From IMG/VR virus record IMGVR_UViG_3300042332_000520, positions 1 through 53,828 of that record: a stretch of 53,828 nucleotides of DNA. One strand, 5' to 3'. Of the stretch, positions 39,033-46,616 are shown one piece after another; positions within the stretch are counted from its first letter, which is position 1, and the number at the start of each line of letters is the position of its first letter. The DNA is from a virus. Its lineage: Duplodnaviria; Caudoviricetes. The position numbers and the translations under genes were made by a program. The notes beneath the pieces were generated by a model, which had not been told where the DNA came from, did not search any database, and saw only the letters and a list, made by a program, of their open reading frames with translations.

Positions 39033-39041
39033 ATGTTAAGA

Positions 39042-39117
39042 TGGCGTATCCCGTAGGAGTCGAACCCACAACCTGCGGATTTGGAATCCGCCACTCTGCC
39101 AGTTGAGTTAGAGATAC
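39042..39117 (-). tRNA. tRNA-Trp(CCA)
   Basis: GCGGA-TTCCAAA-TCCGC arm, CCA. Confidence 0.9.
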
Positions 39118-39123
39118 ATTTGT

Positions 39124-39201
39124 TGGCAGAGGATACTGGATTCGAACCAATGATACTAATTTCAAAGACTAGTGCTTTAGGCCAGACTAAGCTAATCCCC
39201 A
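39124..39201 (-). tRNA. tRNA-Gln(UUG)
   Basis: CTAGT-CTTTGAA-ATTAG arm, CCA. Confidence 0.88.
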
Positions 39202-39207
39202 ACAAAC

Positions 39208-39299
39208 TGGCGGAAGATACAGGATTCGAACCTGTGGGACAGCTTTCGCCGCCCTATTGTTTAGCAAACAACCGCAATCGGCCTCTCTGCCAATCTTCC
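39208..39299 (-). tRNA. tRNA-Ser(GCU)
   Basis: GTTGT-TTGCTAA-ACAAT arm, long variable arm, CCA. Confidence 0.9.
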
Positions 39300-39304
39300 T
39301 TATT

Positions 39305-39379
39305 TGGCTGGCAAAAGTGGGATCGAACCACTGACCGGACGGTTAACAGCCGTCTGCTCTACCTCTGAGCTATATGCCA
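39305..39379 (-). tRNA. tRNA-Asn(GUU)
   Basis: GACGG-CTGTTAA-CCGTC arm, CCA. Confidence 0.9.
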
Positions 39380-39384
39380 AAATT

Positions 39385-39552
39385 CTTCCAACTGTTACCT
39401 TATGCTCTTTCCGTTGGCGATTGAGCAGCCGAACTTTTTACGTAGTTGACGAACCCTTAGGGACGTACAGCGGAATACACGTTTATTGGAAAGTTCCGAT
39501 AGCACCCATCGTCACTAACAACCGTTGAATGGATGATCCTACCAGTTCCATT
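39385..39552 (-). ncRNA. candidate structured ncRNA within tRNA array
   Basis: Ends pair (AACTG 39390-94 with CAGTT 39543-47); internal GAACTTT/AAAGTTC helix; flanked by tRNAs. Confidence 0.4.
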
Positions 39553-39560
39553 ATTTGCCT

Positions 39561-39636
39561 TGGTGACCTCACCGGGATTCGAACCCGGCTTATCTGCGTG
39601 AAAGGCAGATGTTCTAACCTACTAAACTACAAGGTC
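39561..39636 (-). tRNA. tRNA-Glu(UUC)
   Basis: TCTGC-CTTTCAC-GCAGA arm, CCA. Confidence 0.9.
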
Positions 39637-39644
39637 ATATTTAT

Positions 39645-39728
39645 TGGTGCTTCAGGAGAGACTCGAACTCTCAATCCTCTCGGCATTGGTTTCTAAGACC
39701 AACGTGTATACCATTCCACCACCGAAGC
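39645..39728 (-). tRNA. tRNA-Leu(UAG)
   Basis: TTGGT-CTTAGAA-ACCAA arm, variable arm, CCA. Confidence 0.9.
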
Positions 39729-39730
39729 TT

Positions 39731-39806
39731 TGGTACGGAAAACTGGACTTGAACCAGTGACCTGTCGCTTATCAAGCGAATGCTCTACCAACTGAGCTAT
39801 ATCCGT
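39731..39806 (-). tRNA. tRNA-Ile(GAU)
   Basis: TCGC-TTGATAA-GCGA arm, canonical D arm, CCA. Confidence 0.9.
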
Positions 39807-39819
39807 ATTATATTGTATT

Positions 39820-39904
39820 TGGTGCTGAAGGTGAGACTCGAACTCACGTAAGATTTCTCTGACGGCTTACAAAACCGTTGCAATTGCCGCTATGCGACTT
39901 CAGC
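39820..39904 (-). tRNA. tRNA-Thr(UGU) with long variable arm
   Basis: ACGGT-TTTGTAA-GCCGT arm; 14-nt variable region; CCA. Confidence 0.8.
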
Positions 39905-39908
39905 TTAT

Positions 39909-39982
39909 TGGAAGCGGGTACTGGATTCGAACCAGTGATGCTGCGAGCTTATGAGACTGCAGTAGTGACCACCTTACCCGCT
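39909..39982 (-). tRNA. atypical tRNA with CAU anticodon (Met or Ile2-like)
   Basis: Perfect acceptor and T arms and CTCATAA loop, but a minimal D arm and an extended, bulged anticodon stem. Confidence 0.65.
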
Positions 39983-39991
39983 ATGTGTTCT

Positions 39992-40186
39992 TTAGATAGA
40001 ATCTCCAGTATCATTATCATCATAGATATGAGCCTGTGTTCTACCTGTTGGATTTTTAAGTAGACTAAATTCTACTTCTGTTTCTGAATCAATTTCATCC
40101 AGTACTATACTTCTGCACTCATTACACTCATAGGTGTTATTAAAAATAGTGTGTTTAAAGTACTGGTTGCAAATAATGCATTTCAT
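39992..40186 (-). CDS. small CxxC...CxxC (zinc-ribbon-like) protein
   Basis: MKCIIC...YECNEC. Confidence 0.6.
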   Translation of the reverse strand: MKCIICNQYFKHTIFNNTYECNECRSIVLDEIDSETEVEFSLLKNPTGRTQAHIYDDNDTGDSI

Positions 40187-40451
40187 AATGTTCCCAAATA
40201 TATATTCTGATTGTATCTCATTATAGTCAATATAGAGTATTTTGTCCATTATGAGATACACTACCCTTACGGGGATAGGTGACGGTTCCTACCTTCTACC
40301 GATAAGTGGTGTTGAAAGGAGGGAAAGTACACTACGAATCATAGACGGTTATTATCCTGTAGGTTAATAGCTATTAATCAGCATGCAGGGTATAGGCGCT
40401 TAAAACCTATATTTACGTAGCTAGTTGGCTATTATTTACAAGATAAGTCTA

Positions 40452-40480
40452 ATTATAGCATGACTTATTGTATTTTTCAA
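40452..40480 (-). promoter_or_regulatory. sigma70-type promoter for tRNA/terminase unit
   Basis: TTGAAA-17-TATAAT with extended TG. Confidence 0.7.
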
Positions 40481-40486
40481 GGTAAA

Positions 40487-40972
40487 TCAATCAAATATAC
40501 AATATTTACTTAAAATTTTAGCATACTTCAACTGCAATTTATTAAACATACGTCTTGCAACTACAATATCTTGCACAACTAAGATTCTATCTTTACCCTC
40601 TTCTCTCCAATGCAGCACATAGCTGAACATATCTTGAGCATGAGGGACTATACGTAACGTACCACTTAGATTTCTTTGTGCTTCCTTTATGGAGTTATGC
40701 ACCTTTCTAGTTACGGTAGTTAGATTTTGTAATTTATAGTTACTCGTATCTAAGTTCTTATGCAGTACAACCTTATCTTTAGGCACAAGTTTGTTATTAC
40801 CTAACTCTATGGCTGTCTTGTTAGCTTTAATTTTATACTTCTTACCCTTTTTATAAAAAATTAGGTATCCTTCTTCATCTGGAAATATCTGACGATAAGG
40901 CACATTCCCTTTTAATAAAAAGAAAGCACCTAACATTGGATCATAGTTTATTAAATCTTTCATATTGTCCAT
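40487..40972 (-). CDS. HNH endonuclease-like protein (divergent)
   Basis: YDP..G.F...GYL...VLHKNLD..NYKLQNL resembles phage HNH_3 proteins. Confidence 0.55.
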   Translation of the reverse strand: MDNMKDLINYDPMLGAFFLLKGNVPYRQIFPDEEGYLIFYKKGKKYKIKANKTAIELGNNKLVPKDKVVLHKNLDTSNYKLQNLTTVTRKVHNSIKEAQRNLSGTLRIVPHAQDMFSYVLHWREEGKDRILVVQDIVVARRMFNKLQLKYAKILSKYCIFD

Positions 40973-41000
40973 AAGTATAGGTTGAATTCTGAATTTACTG

Positions 41001-41029
41001 ATTGTACCATTGGATTAGTACGTTGTCAA
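41001..41029 (-). promoter_or_regulatory. sigma70-type promoter
   Basis: TTGACA-17-TACAAT. Confidence 0.7.
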
Positions 41030-41213
41030 GCACATCTCAGAATATTTCTATGTTTTATGACATTCATGGTTATAGTATGTACTGTTGTATTTATACAACA
41101 CATAGCATACGGTACAGCTTTATCAAGTTAGAAAGAGAGAAAGCCTAATGTATATTATAACGTACGTATAATATAAATATTATTATTCAATCTTAAAAAT
41201 AAATCTTATTAGT

Positions 41214-41277
41214 GTGCAGAATTCGCCATATGGTGTGTGCAAATTTCGCCATATCACGAGTGCATTTTTCGCCATAT
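41214..41277. repeat. three iteron-like direct repeats (putative origin)
   Basis: GTGCAnnnTTCGCCATAT at 41214, 41237 and 41260 (23-bp period), next to an AT-rich tract. Confidence 0.75.
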
Positions 41278-41645
41278 CAGAAAGGATCAGACTCTTCATG
41301 AGTTGGTGCTTTGGGTTTGTACAAGTTGTATAGATCATGCACAACGTAGCTATGGGAAATGACAGATCGCTCTGCATTGTGTAACTTGCGTTTATAGATA
41401 GAAATCAACTTAGCCTCTTCCAAAGCTTTGATGCTGTCGTTAACTGTCTTACGAGCTAACCCTAGTTCTTCTCCAATTTCCTGCATATTCTCATGATAGG
41501 CTTTACTTAGCCTACTAAAGAACGTGTACTTATATAGCATGTGAGTGTAGACTAACTTAGCATTAGATGTAAGGTCTTTCCTGCTCTTTAGGGCATTAGA
41601 CATACGCATCCAAGTGTTTGGTGTTTCGTTTGTAGTGATGGGCAC
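41277..41645 (-). CDS. winged-helix DNA-binding protein, replication-initiator-like
   Basis: LTSNAKLVY..ML...MQEIGEELGLARKTVNDSIKALEEAKLI HTH; GTG start after AGGAGG; acidic ESDPF tail. Confidence 0.65.
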   Translation of the reverse strand: MPITTNETPNTWMRMSNALKSRKDLTSNAKLVYTHMLYKYTFFSRLSKAYHENMQEIGEELGLARKTVNDSIKALEEAKLISIYKRKLHNAERSVISHSYVVHDLYNLYKPKAPTHEESDPF

Positions 41646-41753
41646 AGTACCTCCTTTTCTAATTTGGATTCTAGCACCAAAAAGGCACAAGTCAACTGTT
41701 GTGTTTAAAAATTTTTATGGTATAATGTAAGTTCAACTTAACAAAGGAGTCCC

Positions 41754-41972
41754 ATGACTAAGAAAATTGAAGCTTATAGTTTATACGAATTCTGTCAACT
41801 AGTTCAAGATGCTGTACTGGAAGGTTATCGATTTGATTTCGACAGCAATGATAATTTCCCTACTGCTTTCGGTTCATTGCTAGTAGCTGGTATGGTTTTA
41901 CCTGCAAAAGCTACTGAAGCACCTAAGGAAGATAAAGCACCTAAAAGAGGTCGTCCAGCATTGGCTGAATAA
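41754..41972 (+). CDS. hypothetical protein with C-terminal KRGRP (AT-hook-like) motif
   Basis: AAGGAG RBS; extended -10 TGGTATAAT at 41718-41726. Confidence 0.7.
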   Translation: MTKKIEAYSLYEFCQLVQDAVLEGYRFDFDSNDNFPTAFGSLLVAGMVLPAKATEAPKEDKAPKRGRPALAE

Positions 41973-41993
41973 TTAACTAAAGATCGGAGCAGT

Positions 41994-42776
41994 ATGAAAA
42001 GATCACATAAAGAGCAACAGCAAAGAGTCCAGAAGGAAAAGTTCCAAAGAGTTCAATTCCCTGTACTGCATGCAATGAATGATAAACAAGGTGAATTACT
42101 AGAAGCATTAAAGTATAATACTTTAGTAGTAGCTAGAGGTAGCGCAGGTACAGGTAAGACTTTACTAGCGGTATGGCATGCTGCTAAGAAACTGCACTAT
42201 GGTGATATTAAGAAAGTTGTTCTGATCCGAGCTTACCAACCCTTAGCTGGTCGTAGCATTGGTTTCCTTCCCGGTACAGCTGAAGAGAAGCTATTGCCTT
42301 TCTATCAACAGATGATTGATTACTTTGAAGATTACTTGGGTAAAGCAACTACTGAGATTCATCTAAAAAATAAAACTATTGAGATTTGCAGTTTAGAGAC
42401 TATTCGTGGACGCAGCTGGAATGAAAGTATTATTATTGTGGATGAAAGCCAGAACTTATATGTTCCAGAGATTCAAGCATTGACTACTCGGGTTGGTAAT
42501 GACAGTCAGATCGTATTCTGTGGAGATAATACTGGACCTCAGACTGACGTTAAAAAAGGTATGGACGGTTTGACTTACTTAGAAAAAGTATGTCTAAAAT
42601 ACAATATTGATGACTGCAGTTTTACTACCTTTGGTCGTGAACACGTAGTACGCAGTGGTTTGACTAAAGAATTCGTTATTGCTTTTGAAGAAGAATTAGA
42701 GCAAGAAGTACTAGGTCAAGCTATTACACAAACATTGACTAAAGGAGTTACAAATGCAAAAGCTAAAAAATTATAA
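41994..42776 (+). CDS. phoH: PhoH-like ATPase
   Basis: GSAGTGKT, IGFLPG, IRGRS, IIVDESQN, TRVG, GD..Q.D and VVRSGL motifs. Confidence 0.93.
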   Translation: MKRSHKEQQQRVQKEKFQRVQFPVLHAMNDKQGELLEALKYNTLVVARGSAGTGKTLLAVWHAAKKLHYGDIKKVVLIRAYQPLAGRSIGFLPGTAEEKLLPFYQQMIDYFEDYLGKATTEIHLKNKTIEICSLETIRGRSWNESIIIVDESQNLYVPEIQALTTRVGNDSQIVFCGDNTGPQTDVKKGMDGLTYLEKVCLKYNIDDCSFTTFGREHVVRSGLTKEFVIAFEEELEQEVLGQAITQTLTKGVTNAKAKKL

Positions 42777-43428
42777 AAATTTTACATTGGTTGGCAAAGC
42801 TAACGAAGATGATGACGATGAAACTCCTAGTCCTAGCAATAATAATCATCTTGCTTTCTTTCAAAGTACTCAGACTAATCGATGTATTAAAGCAGCTATT
42901 GATGAAAATGTAAGAGAGGCTAAGTATTATAGATTACTTATCCAAGCTATGGATTCATTAAGTTCTGATGATTTATTTTTACTTAGTATTAATACTTACG
43001 GTGGACACCTAGATGGTGCTATCGCTTTGATTAATGCTATGAATAATACAGAGGCTAATGTGCATTGTTCTATTGATGGAGTGGCAGCTAGTGCAGGTAG
43101 CTTAATTGCTCTTGCATCACCTAGTGTCAGCGTCAGTCCTTATGCCAGTATGATGATTCACTCAGCTACATTTGGAGCTTTTGGTAAGCAGTCTGATGTT
43201 ATCTCTCATGCTTCTTTCGTAGATAAGCAAGTCAAGAGCTTAATGTCTGATGTGTATAAGGATTTCCTTACTGATCAGGAACTGTCGGATGTATTTATGG
43301 GTAAGGAACTTTGGTTTAACTCAGAAGAAATCGTCCAGAGACTAGAACGCAGACAAGAACTGGTACTAGCACGACACAAGAAAGCTGAAAGAGAAGCTAA
43401 GAGAGCTCCGGCTAAAACTTCTAAATAA
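42754..43428 (+). CDS. ClpP-like serine protease
   Basis: INTYGG, AASAGSLI (catalytic Ser), MMIHS (His), ELWF. Confidence 0.85.
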   Translation: MQKLKNYKNFTLVGKANEDDDDETPSPSNNNHLAFFQSTQTNRCIKAAIDENVREAKYYRLLIQAMDSLSSDDLFLLSINTYGGHLDGAIALINAMNNTEANVHCSIDGVAASAGSLIALASPSVSVSPYASMMIHSATFGAFGKQSDVISHASFVDKQVKSLMSDVYKDFLTDQELSDVFMGKELWFNSEEIVQRLERRQELVLARHKKAEREAKRAPAKTSK

Positions 43429-43447
43429 AAAATTTTTATAAGCATAC

Positions 43448-43482
43448 AAGACCCTTGGTTAACTCCTTGGGTCTTTCTTTTT
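43448..43482 (+). terminator. intrinsic terminator
   Basis: AAGACCC...GGGTCTT stem and T tract. Confidence 0.75.
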
Positions 43483-43951
43483 TGTACAAATGATTTATAG
43501 CCCCTATAGCGCCCTAAAGCTTTGTAGGGTTACTTTGGTATGCGATTGGTTTTTGCGCTTGCTGTACGCCCTTATAGCGCCCTTTATGCGTGTCTGATTG
43601 CAAATAACCAGTTCTACTTTTAAAAAAATTATTGTTCTTTTGTTCTTTATTACTTGTAGTTATTTTGTTTGCTATTTATATGCATTAATCCGGGTATAGG
43701 TATAAGCAATATGACAGGGGTGCTTGACGAGAGAGCACAGATATATTCTATTTATTTCTACGATCTTAAAATATCCGCATGATATTGAAGGATTCTATAT
43801 CTGATATACCACAATTCTATAACGCAAGGCTGAGGAAATTTTTTTTTAGCCTATTTTGGGTCTATAGGTTTTGCCGCTTGGGTTGTATGCCTTCCCGCAT
43901 ACTGCGAGACCTTCCGCATAATCTGCCCATTATCTGCCCGATAATCTGCCA

Positions 43952-43983
43952 ACAAAAAACCCCGGTTTTAGGCCGGGGTTTTC
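43952..43983 (-). terminator. intrinsic terminator ending the GC-rich gene unit
   Basis: AACCCCGG...CCGGGGTT stem with U tract on the minus strand. Confidence 0.75.
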
Positions 43984-44103
43984 TGAGGGTTTAATGTCTG
44001 GTGAGCGTTCGGGCCAGTGCCGCTAGGTAAGCTGCAGCGCATACGGTAAGGACAATCGCCCATAATACGGCATACCCTGCGACGATGCATAAAATGATTG
44101 TCA

Positions 44104-44799
44104 TCATGCTGCAGCTTTCTGCAGTCGTATCACTTTCTGCATTTTGCGCCCGTGGGCAGGGTAAGCTATAACGGCGGTCCCTTTGTCCCAGCATGCTCGG
44201 CATCCGTTGCATTTGCCGCCTCTGCTGTAGGCTTCGCATACGGTCACACCTTCGGGGATATCCTGCGGGTCTGCGCTTGCCGTTATTGTGCTGCCGTGAA
44301 GCCCTGCCGTAAACTCGCCCGTGATGCTATCGCTTGAAAATCGAACGCTAACATTAGGAAGGTTTTGCATGCGCTGCAATGCTGGGTGCCACTTGTCAAA
44401 CTTCATCATGCGGGTAGGTAGCCAATGCATGCACCATGGGGTTTGCTGCATCACTTGGAAAACCTTTTCCGCCAGCTTTACGCTGAAGAGGTCGCCCGAG
44501 TCCAGCCATCGAAAATAGCGGTCGTTTTGTAGGGCTTTCACCATGTCGCTAACCCAATCGGGGCGGGTCCAGTCCTCTTGGTTGTGCTGCCGTGGGGCTT
44601 TCACGTTCGGGTAATTGTAATTTCCGGTTGTTGCATAACATCCAGAGCATGCGGGGACTAGTTCTCCGCCATTGGTACGGCTTCCGGGGCATGTTGTAAG
44701 GGCTTCAAGGGACCATGAACGGATGCCGTCAAGCTTAGATGTGATGCTGATACGGGGGCCGCTGGTGGGCTTCGTGGTGGTTTTGCTGACTTTGATCAT
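44104..44799 (-). CDS. Gp88-like (radical-SAM-related, Cys-rich) phage protein
   Basis: SWSL...TCPG...C.GCYA..GNY, FRWLDSGD, HWLPTR and C...GKC.GCRACWD motifs. Confidence 0.75.
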   Translation of the reverse strand: MIKVSKTTTKPTSGPRISITSKLDGIRSWSLEALTTCPGSRTNGGELVPACSGCYATTGNYNYPNVKAPRQHNQEDWTRPDWVSDMVKALQNDRYFRWLDSGDLFSVKLAEKVFQVMQQTPWCMHWLPTRMMKFDKWHPALQRMQNLPNVSVRFSSDSITGEFTAGLHGSTITASADPQDIPEGVTVCEAYSRGGKCNGCRACWDKGTAVIAYPAHGRKMQKVIRLQKAAA

Positions 44800-44828
44800 G
44801 TTGTGACCTTTGGTTGTCTACTGGTGGG

Positions 44829-45041
44829 TTATGCGGTGGCGGTGTCTTGCTCGCTCATTCGCTGCAGCTGGCCGTGTGCGGTGTCGATTGCGTCCTGCTT
44901 GTCTTCTGTGTGGTAGTCGGAATTTTGCAAGTGCTGACCGGCTTTATAGAATTTAACCCGGTATTCGTTCCAGTCGGTGTCCTTGTAGATTTTGGCGGTT
45001 GTTTCGGCTGCTGCTTTGTGGATGGTGTTAATGAGGCGCAT
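44829..45041 (-). CDS. hypothetical protein
   Basis: KIYKDTDWNEYRVKFY...DYHTEDKQDAIDTA; 70 aa. Confidence 0.7.
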   Translation of the reverse strand: MRLINTIHKAAAETTAKIYKDTDWNEYRVKFYKAGQHLQNSDYHTEDKQDAIDTAHGQLQRMSEQDTATA

Positions 45042-45107
45042 GGTTAGGCTTTCAAGGTTTGAGGGGGTGATGGTACCCCGGTGGTTTTCCGGGGTCTTGG
45101 TGGTGGT

Positions 45108-45335
45108 TTAACGGGCGAATTTAACGGCGAATTGTCTCAGCTGGGCGGTGCATGCGTTGCGGATTTTCTGGTGGTGCTGACTGGTGTTGTAGTGCATCAC
45201 CTGAGTGCCTGCCTTAGTGGTTCCCAGATACTGGCCTTTCACGCCGTCCAGCTGCTGCACCCATTGGCCCGGTTTTGTATTGGCGGGGATATCGGCGAAG
45301 GTGGAAACCTGAATTGTTTTGGTGTACTTTTGCAT
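45108..45335 (-). CDS. hypothetical protein
   Basis: MQKYTKTI...KPGQWV...KGQYLG; AAAGG RBS. Confidence 0.65.
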   Translation of the reverse strand: MQKYTKTIQVSTFADIPANTKPGQWVQQLDGVKGQYLGTTKAGTQVMHYNTSQHHQKIRNACTAQLRQFAVKFAR

Positions 45336-46080
45336 GATAGTGTTACCTTTTGTTTTCAAATTTAGATGAAGTGGCTGATCAAGGGGAGAATTGCAAACCA
45401 GAGTATTACATTTGCGAGAATGAGGATTTGATTGTCTGACATTTTCATTTTCTCCAGTTAATAAATAATCCATTGATTTTTAATGCGGCAAAATCTAGAA
45501 ATCTTGCCATTATTAGAAAATCCTAAGCATGAAAATTCTAGGCGTTCTCTAATGGCTTGAATTAATGCATTTTCTGATTCTAATTTGAAATTCATCATTT
45601 TGTGAACCTTTGTTTTCAAGAGTTTTGGGGTAGTGTATACCTTTGTTCGCATACACTATAGAAAACTCTCAATTTTTAATGAACTGTGAACCTTTGTTTT
45701 AAGGTTCTGAGGGCCAGTCCGATCACTGCCGCCATGTGTTCAATTATATCGGGTAATGTGTTGTTTTGACGCAACAATGCATTTATTTTTATAGGATAAA
45801 CCCTATGTAAACTTCTGTTTTCAATTTTGGGTTATTTCCTGCCTTATATAGAGGAAAGTGAACCCTGCATTTTGAGAACTTCTGTTTTCAACTGTAAAAA
45901 GTTATCCACATGTTATTAGTCTTATATAAGAGTTAAAATTGTGGATAACTATAACTAGTGCTGTGGATAACTTTTTCTGAGGGGGTAGGTGCTGCGGGTG
46001 CTTTGTGGGCCTTGCTGGTCGTTCTAGAGCGTTCTAGCGGCATGTCTTTTCATACAGTATTCATTTTGGGCGTGTAATAC

Positions 46081-46095
46081 TGGCACGGTTTTTGC
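46081..46095 (+). promoter_or_regulatory. sigma54 (-24/-12) consensus site
   Basis: TGGCACG-N4-TTGC; no downstream + strand gene. Confidence 0.6.
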
Positions 46096-46342
46096 GGTTG
46101 TAAACTTTTGTTTCTCATTTATTATTGCAAACAAAATAGTTACATTTCCAGCTGATGCATAAATTGTAACAAAATGTAACAGTGTCAGCTTCATGTAAGC
46201 TTCGCATGCTAGGTCCAGGATGTAGTACTTTTGTTTCTTATAGCATTTTGTGAACCAGAGTATTACATTGTAAGGTTTGCGTAAATTGTAACCAATTGTA
46301 ACAAATTGTAACTGTAAGCTTCTTGTAAGGTTTCTGTGCTAA

Positions 46343-46362
46343 TACTGGGTTTTCATACAGTA
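46343..46362. promoter_or_regulatory. LexA (SOS) box
   Basis: TACTG-GGTTTTCATA-CAGTA matches TACTG-N10-CAGTA; imperfect second copy at 46040-46059. Confidence 0.65.
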
Positions 46363-46616
46363 GTACCTTGGTTTCTCATATGGATTTGAAAACAAAATAG
46401 TTACATTGTGGATAAACCTGTGGATAACCTGTGGATATGTGGATAACCCTGTGCATAACCTGTGGATAACTCGGGATAACCTGTGGATAACTCAAAATGA
46501 GTACTTTGGTTCTCAAATCGCCCAAAATCCATTAGTTTTGAGCATTTTATTTCCGTAGACCCCCAAGGGTTTTTTAGTCAAAAATTTTCTGCACCTCCCT
46601 ATGGGTTTTTAAAACA

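Larger units (their letters stand above)
45902..46490. promoter_or_regulatory. DnaA-box clusters
   Basis: TTATNCACA matches (either strand) at 45902, 45940, 45962, 46407, 46419, 46438, 46450, 46461 and 46482; degenerate copies at 46430 and 46471. Confidence 0.88.
45341..46516. repeat. dispersed ~14-bp motif ACYTYTGTTTYYMA, ~14 copies in both orientations
   Basis: Direct copies near 45345, 45606, 45639, 45690, 45811, 45878, 46104, 46227, 46365, 46503. Inverted copies near 45391, 46125, 46249, 46386. Confidence 0.7.

Noticed and set aside
38455-39560. tmRNA or RNase P RNA as the identity of the structured segments
   Set aside because: No tRNA-Ala-like ends or tag reading frame, and no recognisable RNase P P4 consensus by eye.
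38743-39982. Suppressor tRNA or alternative genetic code
   Set aside because: No CUA/UCA/UUA anticodons (the UGA and UAG anticodons read Ser and Leu codons); long genes translate intact with the standard code.
46400-46495. Tandem TGTGGATAA repeats as a CRISPR array
   Set aside because: Units are 9-11 bp with no unique spacers and no cas genes; they match DnaA boxes.
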